From NCBI GenBank assembly GCA_002189035.1, contig NEEC01000009.1, positions 744,001 to 808,000 on the forward strand: a stretch of DNA of 64,000 nucleotides, read 5' to 3'. Positions 51,891-64,000 of the stretch are shown one piece after another. Made by a program: the position numbers and the translations under genes. Below the pieces are notes generated by a model. That model had not been told where the DNA came from. It was given only the letters and a program-made list of their open reading frames with translations, and did no database searches. The stretch comes from Utricularia gibba (Eukaryota > Plantae > Magnoliophyta). The number at the start of each line of letters is the position of its first letter. The first letter of the stretch is position 1.

Positions 51891-54800
51891 CTAGGCAGAA
51901 GAAGTATAGTCGTCGTCACAGTTGAGACCGCAGACTTCGAGCACGGGCCCTTGTCTGGACACAAACGGGTCGACCCGGACCCAGACCAGGGTCAGAATGG
52001 ATGCCAGCAGAACAGACCAGATGAGGAGGACGGTGGGAACCCTCTCCTGCTTCCCGGTCAATCCCTTGAGGAAGGGATAGAGGTGCATGATGACCCAGAT
52101 GGCGAAGAATAGCCTGCCGAAGAGGGGGCCCCACGAGTCGTACCCGTTGTTGATCGCGTCGGCGGCGCCCACGACGACTCCGACGATGTTGAGGATCAGG
52201 AGGGTGGTGGGCGGGATCAGCAGGGTGGTCCATTTGAAGACGTACAGCTCCGAGAACTCTCCGTCGTCTCCGGATTTTGCGGTCACCGTGAAATTGGTGT
52301 TCACGCCGGCCAGGACCTTGAGGAGGCCTTGGAACAGGGCGAACAGGTGGGAGGAGACCCCTCCGATGACCCAAAACTGCTCGTTTCTCCACCAGTCGTC
52401 GAGGCCGACGCCGCCCCATTGCATTTCGAGTATGCTTGTCGCAGCAATGGAGATGAAAAGCGCCATGAATATGATGCTGGCAGCGTTGCTGATCTGCAAG
52501 AATGTTGCATGTCTGAAGATGCGCAAAAATGTGGATAAAATATGCTGGCTTCTGCGACACGTACCTCAGGTACAATGAACTTTCCGGTGAGAAGGCAGAT
52601 AGCCGGCAGCGTGCAGTATACCAGCAATGGAAGTGAAGTCCATGGATACACAACTGAGTTTATGTATGAGAATCGCTCCAACCATTTCAATCCTCCACCA
52701 TATCCGTACCAAATTGGGCAGTGCCGACTCAGAAAAATCTCCACTGATCCAAGAGCCCACCTAAGCACCTGGTGAAGACGATCAGACAGATTGATGGGAG
52801 CAGACCCTTTAAACGCAGGCCGCTTGGGCATGCAGTAAATAGAGCGCCATCCATGGCAGTGCATCTTGAAGCCTGTCAAGATATCTTCTGTCACCGATCC
52901 GTATATCCACCCCACCTGGTCAGCTTATTTCTGAATTAGAACAACACAAGAAACATGTGGATTGTGTAAGCTTAAGGTGATGATGAGGTTACCTCCTTTC
53001 CCCACTCCGTCTTATCTTCATAGCAACAGCTGATGACATGGAGAGCTTCCATCAAGCGTGCTGTGCTACCCAAACTCGAAGGAACTCCACCATTGGGCAG
53101 CAGTGTTGAAGCCACGAAAGAGGGAGATTGCCCAAACTTCTTCTCGAGTCTCCCTTGAGAGAGATGATCAGCCACAGTTTTCGGCTCTGTGAGCAAACAA
53201 AATCATTTTGCAGTTGAGTCCCAAGAGACTTGTCTCTTCTCTGCTTCTCTTTCTTTAGCATACTGCAAAATGAGAATGTTTTGTACCTTCAAGACGTTGT
53301 TCAATAGCTTCAAGGGCATGAATTTGCTTCGAGGCTTCTCTGTTCTTTAGTTTCTTATTTTCTTTCTTCTCTTTGCATTTCTTGCTTCTCCTAGAACGGA
53401 GACAGCAGCAACACCACTTGGGCCAGCAATTGCAGGTCTTACCAGGCTGTTTCTTCTTAGGAGGTGCATCGTTCCCGTAAAGTGCCTGCCTTCGGAAGAC
53501 GCATCCAGTCCCAACATAAATAGGTCCTTGAAGACCATCTAAACCTTTCATGTTGATCTGCATAAATTACAGAGATTCGTAGGCCACAATTTTTCATGGT
53601 ACTAGAAAACTGAGTAAGTGAAAGATGGGTTGTCAGAGGCATACATCGAAGAACACAACATTGCGATTGGAATATCTATCATGACGATCAATCCCATCAA
53701 ATCTTTGAGGAAACTGCACATAACACACTTTCTTCCCCACAGTAGGATCCATCATGAAGCACATGGCTTCTCTGAGAGCTTGGCTGTTGTTTATGTAGTG
53801 ATCACAGTCGACGTTTAGAATATAGGGAGCATTGGATAGAGATGCTGATACACGGATCTGAATATGCAGAAAGAAAATGAGAGTCACTAAGGTGGTAATA
53901 CGTTAAGAGCAAAACATCTTATGCCATTATCTGTACTCACCAGAGCATTCATTGCCCCAGCTTTCTTATGATGCTCAAAGCTAGGCCTTTTTTCACGGGA
54001 AACGTACACCAAGCGAGGCAGCATACCTTGATCCTCATCATTCCCGATTACCTTCAAAAAAACCATGACACTTGTTTGCTATTTCTATATACATTTGCAG
54101 TACATATAGTTCGCAGAATGAAAAGACTAACCTGTATCATGCTGGGATGGTCCCGGACATTGTTGGCCGGCCAGGTTGTGCCATCCCGCAATGTCCAGCC
54201 GCCCTCCGGAACCTTTTGTGATGTAGCTACCAATTTGTTGATATGAACTTTGAGCTCATCATATTCTCTCTGCACAGCATCAACAAAAATATTTGAGTCC
54301 AATGTGTTAAAATTATTGCCAGAGCTCAGCATCAGCAAAATATAAAGACCTTCAGAGCACGCCTCTCTCTCACAAATTCAGGATGAACTTTGTTTTTAAG
54401 ATAATCCATCTTCTGGCCAAAATACCACTCCGGAGCACGTGGTTCAATGTTAAACTTCTTGCAAAAGGGAACCCATCTTTTAGCAAATACTGATGTCTCG
54501 GAAAGAGCTTCAAACGTAAGCATGGATCCACCATCATCCGAGACATAGCAAGATACTTTGTCAACTGGATAATCCACAGCAAGAATGGAAAGTACAGTGT
54601 TGGCTGTAATCAATGGAGGCTCCTTCATCGGATCAACCGTGCTTACAAATACATCAATATCTGCCAACTCCGAGGGCTGCCCTTCTCGCTCGTATCTAGA
54701 AAATCAGAAATTGCCTAAGTCAGCACTTGCACCTATCCGAAAAGCCATGTTCATAATATAATCTACAGATACCTGAAAGATAGCCTGTCAAGGTATGTTT

Positions 54801-56384
54801 CTCTCTCAACGGGATACCATTTTGGAAACTGGTCAAGAATCCATGATACAGCAAACCATATTTCGCAAATAACTGATGTCAACCACAAGACATAGGCATC
54901 AGGTACTGGATTGAGTATTCTATAGTGAAAAAATAACCCCAGAACCACTAGACGAAGGATTATTATCATTCTGTAAGGGTTTATCTTGCTAGATGCAATC
55001 GGTAGTTTCCTTGATAATGGCTGCCTTCCTTCATCCACACTAGCAGTTATGATAAAAAAAAAAAAGGATGAGATTATGAAATTTTTCCAGGATCTTATTT
55101 GCTATCACAGAAACGTATTAGAAAACTACTCCATACTCACTTGGGAATTCCTGGGGCATATTCATCCTCATGCAAGTCCACATAGGCAGTATTGTCCTGA
55201 TGTTCCACCATTTGAAGTTTATCACTTTGTCTTTTTTTCCAGTCCTCAAGACGATCTTTCCAAGCAACACTTCCATAGCCATATAATGCAAGGTCTTTGT
55301 CGGGCACCATTGGGCGGAGTTTCACTAAAAGGTTAAAGAACACACCAACTTGATGCACAGGATACAGAATCTGCAGTACACTACGCTCATCTAGAAGAAA
55401 CAACTTACAATTTAGCGCAATTACAGGTGAAGCACAATTTTGGTTGCTAGCAAGAGGAGGAACTATTATTGCACTAGTGTTATAACTACTCTCAGCGTCC
55501 TATAAACAAATGGAAAATGATCCAGTTAGAAGTCATACAGAAACTGAATCCAAATGCATTGGATACAATCCGGGTTACCTCTTCCCATTAGTCAAAAGAG
55601 GGATTTCCGGATTCAGGGATGCTGACTCATGCACTGAATTCATGGATAATCCAGCTGAACCTGTATAGGCAGAATCTGTTGCAGCATAACCTGATGAAAA
55701 GCGCAAAGCCTCAATATTTCCATAATCAAACTCATGTTCCAGGTCATCTACACCATCCTCATCTTCATCGCCTTCAACTCTTGGGCTACCTACGACAGAT
55801 ATGAATATATCAAACCATATAGAATCAACGAAATATGACTCCAATTAGTCAGAAAACTCAGGTTAACAGCCCAAAACCTTTGATTCGCTTGAATCTAGTT
55901 TTGCACTGAGGGCAGCACTGGCTTCCTTCCCGTCTCTCATACTCGTAGCATGTCCTACAGATGGGGAAAGCACATTCATTGCAGGCGACAAAGAGCTCTC
56001 CCTCTACAGTTATCTCAATATCGTCACCACAGATTTTACAGGTCTGCCCGCTCAGTTCGTGAACGGATTTAATCTACAAGATCACAAAGCATGATTAGTG
56101 ACTCTCAATAGATCATGATACGGGGGAAACACGATCCTGTACAGAATATCAAACTAGAGAAAACCCAAGGAGAAAATATGGATACGTACATGCCATGAAA
56201 AAACCCATAGACGTGATATGAACAGCAAAAATTGCCCATTCAGGGGACGAATTCACAGCCCAATAGAAAACAGAACAGAAAAACATGTTCGATCAATACT
56301 TACCCTTCCAACGTCGTCTGCATTGATAAGAATAAACTCATTTCTATTGTGCGAGCCGGCGATGAGCCTTCCTCCGGTCTTCAT
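51891..56384 (-). CDS. CESA6: Cellulose synthase A catalytic subunit, CESA6-like clade (CESA2/5/6/9)
   Basis: [27 protein letters not shown]-type zinc finger exon, [43 protein letters not shown] motif, C-terminal transmembrane helices ending [10 protein letters not shown]. Clade-level symbol only. Confidence 0.95.
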
Positions 56385-57526
56385 CGCTAAGGAAAAACGC
56401 TAAAAAAGCTAACTGACTTCTAGAAACTATCCCAGGCGACAAACGAAGCTCTAGTCTGAATCCAAAAACAGGGATGGAATCTTCTCTGGCACCGAAGACG
56501 CGACCACCCTTGTGTTCGCAATCGCAAATCTTGAAAACCAAGAAACACCACTGAAGATTTTAGCTTCACAATGCAGTCATTAACTGCACTAGATTCCAAC
56601 TTCTCTTGCCAAAAGCGTGAGTCGTGAAAACCAAATCCCACAACGGTTGAAATTCATCGAACACAATGGCTTGCAAAAACGCCACCTTCCGCCCCAAACG
56701 AAGATCCTTGGTCGGTGAACTCCGCCATGAGCGAACCCGAATTCCCAGTCGGAAAAGCGTACCAGGAGGCCCCAGATCAAGAAAAAGGCGATGAATTGCT
56801 TTCACTAGAGCAAGTGGAGATGCCCCACTGAAAAGGAAATAATTTTAAACAACGCATTTGCTAAGGAATGATACAGGCATTAAATGCAGAGACAACAATC
56901 TTAAGAGAATTGTTTACTATTTCCTTCCCTGTACCACTGCAACATAGCTGGGCAGGACTGACAGATATTTCCCTACAACGCTAGACCCATCTCACACAAA
57001 CAAACGGAACACCAATCAAATCAAGAAACACAGAAAGAAAACGATAAGAAAGCTGTAGTGTGCCCGTATTCGACAAACAGAAACGTCCCGCAGAGAAAGC
57101 ACATCTGGGCCCAACCCCTAACCCCGCCTCAGGCGACGTATGTGGCCGCAAGCAAGCTCGTGAGCCCTTCCCAGGTGCGGAGTAATAAATACGGTACGTA
57201 CGATGAGAGAAAGAGACAGAAAGCCGAAAGGGAGGGCAAAGAAAGGAAAAGACAAACAAAATGGGCCCAAAAATCCTCTCCTCTGCCTTCACCTTCTACA
57301 GTGACTGATGTTACCCACCTGCATGCCCTTGCCCTTCACCAAAACGGAGAGATTTCCAGAAAGGAGGCCAACGCCTATCGGAGTATCCGATGCCCAAACC
57401 AGGGAAAACAAAACGCGTGGAAATCATTCAATATTTTTACCCGGAATTAGTTACCAGTCAAAAACGATTTTTACTGCTGGAGATCGGATTCCACTAACCG
57501 TTAATCAGAGTTCATGTAGATACACA

Positions 57527-57582
57527 TGATAGTTTTTTACCCATGGCATGCACATACGTGATAGTTTTTTTACCCATGGCAT
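57527..57582. repeat. Short direct repeat tgatagt(t)ttttacccatggcat x2
   Basis: Copies at 57527-57549 and 57559-57582 differ only in T-run length. Confidence 0.8.
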
Positions 57583-58588
57583 TCACATGATATAATATGT
57601 ATGATAATTTGTATTATTATATCATTTATATACACAAATCAAAACGGATTAATTATATTTATACCAATTGTATATAATTTTTTTATTATAGAATATCAAA
57701 TATTATATTATAATATACTAAAATATATTAATATGTTAGTATAAAACCAACTATTGCATTTTATATTCTCAACTTTTTAATTCATTTTCTATTTTTTAGT
57801 TTTAAATTTATTATATTATATTATAATTATTTATAAAACTGGAGTGATTTTGAAAGAAAAGCCCAACACAAGGAACAGAGTGTCGGTTTAATGGATTTGG
57901 CGGTAGATTGCGGCCGGCGGGAGGGGGGAGTGGAGTGGGGGGAAGTCTTCCCTGCGGAAGCTCTCGCATGTGTACGGGACCTGCTGCAAATAAATACAGG
58001 GCGAGACTCATTAATGGCGCCTTTATGTTGGAAGGAAAGTGTGGCAAGGAGAGAGTGCCCCACTGATTAGGTGGTGGCTTCGCAAGCAATAAATTGAAGG
58101 GTCACAGGGACCATTCTCCGCGCTGCCGCTGCGCCATCAATTCAAACCCAGTCCCCCTTACGTTTTGTGTTCGTATCTGAAGGAAAAATGGGGTTTTCAG
58201 TTCCGGGAACAAGCCACAAAATTTGACCCGCAATCACGTGGTGCTCCTTCCTGGAGCATGCCCATGGGGTCCGGGTATTGACTGGCTTTTGAACGGTGGG
58301 CGGCATCCGAGATTCCACTGGGGGTCTTTGTGTTTTCACTGTTAACGATTTTGTTGATTAAAAAAAAAGGGATACAAGTTTTTGGCTTTACACCATTACA
58401 GCTAGAGGAGTAGAAAGAGAAAACACGGTTCAACTAGCTGCATCCCCACCGTACCCGATTTACTGAGGGAGTTTTCCGATGATCACGCTAGCTCAATTTG
58501 GGGGCGGGCTTGCGGGGATATGGGTTATGATTGTTGATGGTGGTGTTTGAGTTTGTGGGGAAGCTTTGGGGATTGTTCTCTAGGGTTT

Positions 58589-61500
58589 ATGATGGAGAAT
58601 ATTGAGACTTTGTTGGCTGCAGTTGCGGCTTTTAACGACGATGAGGCTACTCTTTCTAATGGGTTAGATGTGGGGTCTCGAAATTCTGAATCTTCTCCGG
58701 GGATCCAGCAGGTTTCTGCTCCCTCGAAGCTGAATTCGGATGATAATCAGCTGACTTCGTCGATGGCGGCGCCTCCTCCAGCTCAAGCGGTGGTGCCTTC
58801 TGCTGCGGTGCCGGGGGCCGGAGCTCTAGCAAAGAAGAGGAGAGGGCGCCCCCCAAAAGGGCAGATGGCGGTGAATTCGCCACCGCCGAAAAGAGCAAAA
58901 GTTGAGGACGAGGGGAAGACGTCTGCTTCATCTGCTTTGATGGGGGTTCCTTGGTGCTTTGTGATCGCAAGTAAGCTTAGTGAAATCATTATTAATTGAA
59001 AATGATTTATGGCGATTTCTCCTGTTCCTCAATGCAACTGTTTCTCGATGTTGAACTTGCTTATTGTTGGCCCTTAGGGGTTGTCCGAAGGCATATCATC
59101 CAGCCTGCATTAAGCGAGATGAAGAGTTTTTCAAGTCCAAGGCAAGATGGAACTGCGGTAATTTTTTTCTGCCTGTTTATTTTCATGGCTATTGCAAGTA
59201 TGCCTTCGATTCACATCCACCTTTCTCGATTTATTTCGGTGAATGTCCTCATTTTGAGCAGGTGAATTTGCCCATGTGACTAAGATATTTTTTATCGATG
59301 AAGATTTAATGATATGCTGATGATTTTAGGATCACCAGTAAATGTCATTCATTCGAATGTGATTTGTGTAATCTGTCTGGATGTCATGACATATAATTCT
59401 GAATGCTGTCCGTGTATGCCGTGTGTTGCAGGTTGGCACATTTGCAGTGTCTGTCGTAAGGCCTCCCATTATATTTGCTACACTTGTCCGTATTCTCTGT
59501 GCAAAGGATGCACTAAAGATACAGACTACTTGTGTGTAAGAGGAAATAAGGGATTTTGCACGACGTGCATGAAAACCATTATGCTGATTGAGAAGAAAGA
59601 ACAAGCAAACGTTGAATCGGTAAGGGAAAATTTTGTTGGCATGCTATTACATGGAATTCTGTCATTGGAAAAAGTTTTCTTATGCTATTCTTGAGCGTGA
59701 GTGTAATTTAGCTATATGATGGCGTGCATTCCACCAATTATGCATTGACATATCCCTATCTGATATTCCGCTGGGTTTTTACATGTATCGGTTCAGCACA
59801 ATCACATAGTGAATTCTACATTTTCCTCTCTTTAGAATGACTTGCTTCAAATGTATCTGGAGTGTTTCTAGTTTGTTGCATCAGCTGTAATTTCTATTGC
59901 AGATTCAGGTTGATTTTGATGACAAGACTAGCTGGGAGTATTTGTTCAAAACGTACTGGGTGTGCTTGAAGGAAAAGTTGTCATTGTCACTGAACGAGCT
60001 AGAACATGCTAAAAAGCCTTGTGATCCTGTGGTTTCTTTGCCTTCTAGGTGGCAGTTAAGTCGTGTGCATCGTACTGCAATTGATGTAAGAAGTTCCGTT
60101 TCATATGGTAGTGGAGAACATTTGGAGTTGAATAAGCCTCCTGTGCAATCGATCCATAATGATGAAGAGTTGAGCATAAAACCATCAAGCACAGTTAATT
60201 GTGTTGAGAAACAAAGACTGCGTGGTGAATATGGCCCTGGTCATAATAGTGAATGTGGGAGCTCAATACAGTTGGAATTGTGTAAGCCCCATCTGGATTC
60301 TGATTTGCGGCAGATTGATGAGTCAAGGACAGTTATGTCTTCTTCCAGTAGTCATGTAGAGAAAGTAACTGATACAAAACTCAACAGGGAGAAAGAATCA
60401 GCTGAGCTAATGAAAAACAAGGGTGGTGAATGGGCTTCTAAAGAGCTATTGGAATTTGTTGGGCATGTGAAAGATGGAGATCTGTCACCTATGTCACAAT
60501 TTGATACTCAGACGATGGTGCTTGAGTATGTAAAAAGGAATCGCCTTCGGGATCCTCATCAGAAGAGTCAAATTATATGTGATGCAAAACTGAGAAATCT
60601 ATTTGGGAAACCACGTGTTGGGCACTTTGAAATGTTAAAGCTTTTAGAGTATCATATTCTCATTAAAGATGATTCTCTGAAGAACGGTGTTGTTCCTGCT
60701 GGAGTTGTTGGTTTGGGTGTTCACAATGAGGTTATTGAAAACGCACAGGACTCATCTTTCTCAGTTAACAGTAGAAAGCGGAAACCACTTCGAAAGAGTG
60801 GAGACAGGATTTCTCAGGCTGATTCAAATGAATATGCGGCAATTGACATTCATAACATCAATTTAATTTATCTGCGGCGCAGTTTGGTGGAGGATCTTAG
60901 CAAAAATCAGAATGATTTTGATAGTAAAGTCATCGATTCTGTTGTCAGAATTCGGGTTGCAACTAGTGATCAGAAGCAAGACGTTTATAGGCTAGTTCAA
61001 GTTGTAGGTATGGTGTATATGTTCGCAAAATTGCATGTTGTGGATTTGGTGTACATCATGTATTTAGATTCGCTTATCCCTACATATCAGGAACTAGTGA
61101 GGCATCTGAGCCGTATAAAATTGGAGACAGGACTGTTAATGTGATGCTCGAAGTGTTAAATTTAGATAAGAAAGAGCTGGTATCAATTGATGCAATCTCT
61201 AACCAGGACTTTACAGAGGTAACAGGACATGCTAAAATCTTCAACTTGTTGATGTTTGTAATTTATTTTTGTTCCCTGAAAAACAGCCTTGAGAACCCTT
61301 AACTGTCTAATCTAGCTAGTCTGTGCTTTGTCGACTGCAGAATTTTTTTTATTTGACTGCTGATACAGTCTGATTGTTAACTTTAAAATTCAGGATGAAT
61401 GCAAGCGACTACGCCAGAGTATCCGATGTGGGCTTGTGAAACGGTTGACTGTTGTAAGTCTTCATAGACCATTTTCCTAAAAGTTAACCTGAAGCTGCAA

Positions 61501-64000
61501 AAGGTGGTCACTTGTTTTTGGTATCTCTATCAGGGTGCGGTACAGAAGAAAGCTATGGCACTCCAGGAGATCAAAGTGAATGATGTAAGTTTCCCAGTTG
61601 TCATCGCAGCACTTCATTTTTGATGCTGCTACCATTCTGTATTTTTAGCCTCTTTTGCTCACATATGTTTTTTTTTTCTTTTCTTTTGACTGAACCTGTA
61701 AACATAATTCTTTTGCTCCATATTCTGAATGTAGGGGATGGATTCAGAGATACAACGGTTGAATCATCTTCGAGACCGAGCTAGTGAAAATGGGCGCAAG
61801 AAGGAATATCCTTTCTTTATAGTTTTTTTAATAATCGCTATTTTTTCCTTTTAGTTTGTTTTTTTTAATATTGCATATGATTGATTTCAGATTTCAAGGT
61901 CTGTGCTGATACGCACTGTATTTTTTATATTCATATTAGTTCTACTTGAGCCTTGAAATGTCACTGAATGTGGTCAAGCCAATGTATTTTTCTGAAAGTG
62001 TGCCCTGGATTTCCTTAATATGTTTCCACGCTCCGAGAATACGTTGAGAAACTACAGTTGCTGAACTCCCCCAAGGAGCGTCAACACAGAATCTCTCAAG
62101 TTCCAGATGTGCATTCTGATCGAACAATGGATCCTGATTACAAACCAGAAGAAGATAAAATTGGTCTCACAAGTAAAATAGGTACCGCGTCATTGATTAA
62201 GCTGTTTTACACCCTGATTGCCCATTTTTATTCTCTGGATATGATGTGCAATAAGCATCTGAATTTGCAGATGAGCATGGGCTAAGTTCTGATCCATATC
62301 AAAATGGTAGGAGGCGTGTCTCTCCAAGAGTAAAGGGTAACTTTCTGAGGAAATGCACAGTACTGCATATTTCACTTGCATTCCACTCGTGTGACCTTTT
62401 TTTTTTTTGGTGCATTGATCAGGCAAGGATTTGCCGAAACAGGTGGCAAATAGAACTAAATCAGAGAAGACACTTGCAAGTGGATCAAATAAGTTGGACA
62501 ACCATTTGACTCGCTCTGCTGTTTCTAACCCAGGAGATCAAATTAGTACTTGCCAATTGATGCAAGATTCTGGACAGGGCACAAATACTGCCACAAACTC
62601 TGGTTCTCCTGATCATATTGAGACAGAGCGGCTGTGGCATTATCGAGACCCTAATGGAAAGATTCAAGGACCATTTTCCATGATGTACCTACGAAAATGG
62701 AGCATGTCCGGATTCTTCCCAAGTGATATGAGGATATGGACTAATCATGAGCAGTATGACTCGTTGCGTCTTTCTGATGCACTCAATGGTAAATTTCATG
62801 CTGCTTCTGATCTCCGTGGAAAACCTTTAAAAGCCGAGGAGAATGTGTTGGCTGGTGGATGTAGAGCATCTGAGGTTAACAATCAAAATGGAGGGTATAG
62901 TGTGAAGGCATTGACCTCTTGCAGTAATGATGATGTTCTGCCAGAAAAGAGCAGTGGGGTTGTGGCAGCAGAGACGTCCTGGCCACAGTTTTGGGGCTTT
63001 CTGAAAGACAATAGTTCGAGTGATGCGCAGCAACGGAATATGGTACCCTCATGTAGCACTGAGCTTACCCATAATGCTCGAACAGACAGAGGGACAGTTT
63101 GTGGTGAGGTAGAGCATGTTTCTCCAGTGGAAGAAGGGAATGCTCCAAATGGGGTTGTAAACAACCTTGAAGGGCATGGACTCGCAAAGGTATCGAGTGT
63201 TGAGGATCGACGGGGGCAAACTGCTGAGGCAAGTGTAAGACCTTTGGACATCGACTTGGGCTCATGTGGTGTAGACCCAGTTTCGGTTCCGGAACCAATA
63301 TCAAAGACACCATCTTCAAGCAAGAACTTGGGAAATTCCTTTGTCTTTGATCTTCCTAGCCCAACACCAAGCACAGCAGCTGAAAATCAGCAGTCAGTTT
63401 CTTCAGTGTCGGCACAGAAAACTTGCTTTTTGGAGCTGTTGAGCCCTGCACCAAGGTCAAGCCCTGATGATCAAGGAGCTGAGGCTATCGATTCGAAGCC
63501 TTCTGGGACATCCAATGTTCCAGCGGAAACAAGTTGGAGCATGGCTTCAAACCTAGTGTTAGGAGGTGTCCAAATGCCAGCAGTGTCTGAAGAATGGTGT
63601 GGATACTCACCCACACCAGCAAAACCATCTAGCCATGAATGGGAGGATACGAGCATTGTCTATGCATCTTCATCGAAGCCTCCAGAAACATCTGGTGAGA
63701 GTACAGCCAATCCAAATTCAGGGGGTGTTCAGATTCCTCCTGCGCAAAGCCTGCCTAATTGGCTGACACATGAGATGATTGAGTTTGATGCCCTGGGTGA
63801 GGAGTCAGTATCGGATTTGCTCGCAGAAGTTGATGCAATGGAATCCCAAGGTGGCTTGGTTTCTTCACCTCTATCTGCATTAAAGTTTGCAAGAGAATAC
63901 TTTGATGACTGCAAAGATGATTGCTTCAGTTCCATGGATGAATTTAGCTCTGTTCATGGTCCTCTAGGGAGCGATGTCTTGAGTTCCACTGGAGAAATGC
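58589..64000 (+). CDS. PHD-SWIB-Plus3-GYF protein (NERD / zinc-finger CCCH 19/44 family); runs off the right edge
   Basis: PHD CFICFDGGSLVLCD...GCPKAYHPAC (needs one more G at 58912-58915), SWIB WASKELLEFV...QIICDAKLRNLFGK, Plus3 YAAIDIHNINLIYLRR, GYF LWHYRDPNGKIQGPFS..YLRKW. Confidence 0.92.
61806..62029 (+). other. U12-type (minor spliceosome) AT-AC intron
   Basis: 5' site ATATCCTTT at 61806, branch site TTCCTTAAT at 62011-62019, 3' end CAC at 62027-62029. Removal joins GRKKE to LREYVEKLQLLNSPKERQ in frame. Confidence 0.9.

Noticed and set aside
51891-51914. Short C-terminal extension (DDYTSSA) after CGLNCD in CESA
   Set aside because: Minor tail variation that could come from a stop-codon change; no evidence of function.
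51916-52653. 245-aa alternative-frame ORF and 163-aa antisense ORF (52087-52578) over the CESA 3' end
   Set aside because: Explained by stop-codon scarcity in a GC3-rich exon; Arg/Pro-rich with no recognisable domain.
62883-63374. 163-aa antisense ORF and many similar short ORFs overlapping identified exons
   Set aside because: Shadow ORFs of real coding exons with no independent motifs or splice structure.
1-64000. CRISPR arrays, rRNA/tRNA genes, intact transposases or horizontally acquired prokaryotic operons
   Set aside because: No regularly spaced repeat-spacer units, RNA-gene signatures or transposase/RT motifs seen; all recognised genes are typical plant nuclear genes.

Overview
Nuclear genomic DNA of a compact-genome eudicot plant (short spliceosomal introns, AT-rich spacers); the species cannot be determined from the sequence. 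It holds 15 intron-containing or single-exon protein-coding loci and one clearly decayed pseudogene. In order: shikimate kinase (partial), DRG GTPase, WRKYGKK-type WRKY, plastid IscA, VDE-related protein, tRNA-His guanylyltransferase, alpha-1,4-fucosyltransferase, spatacsin, a conserved unknown protein, UBP27-like protease, RPN5 pseudogene, group-X ERF, two RNR1 copies, a CESA6-clade cellulose synthase and a PHD-SWIB-Plus3-GYF protein (partial). The outstanding feature is an 8.4-kb palindrome (42586-51028): two complete RNR1 genes head-to-head, with arms of 4213 and 4212 bp around an 18-bp spacer. I found only one difference between the arms (a 1-bp homopolymer indel), judged from mirrored ORF translations and manual spot checks, not a full alignment. 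Just outside the identical arms a mirror-positioned 53-bp segment is only 75% identical, which suggests an old inverted duplication kept identical by arm-to-arm gene conversion rather than a fresh duplication or read artefact. Nine single-base frameshifts in short homopolymers across otherwise intact genes point to unpolished long-read consensus errors. No rRNA, tRNA, CRISPR array or intact transposase was found.
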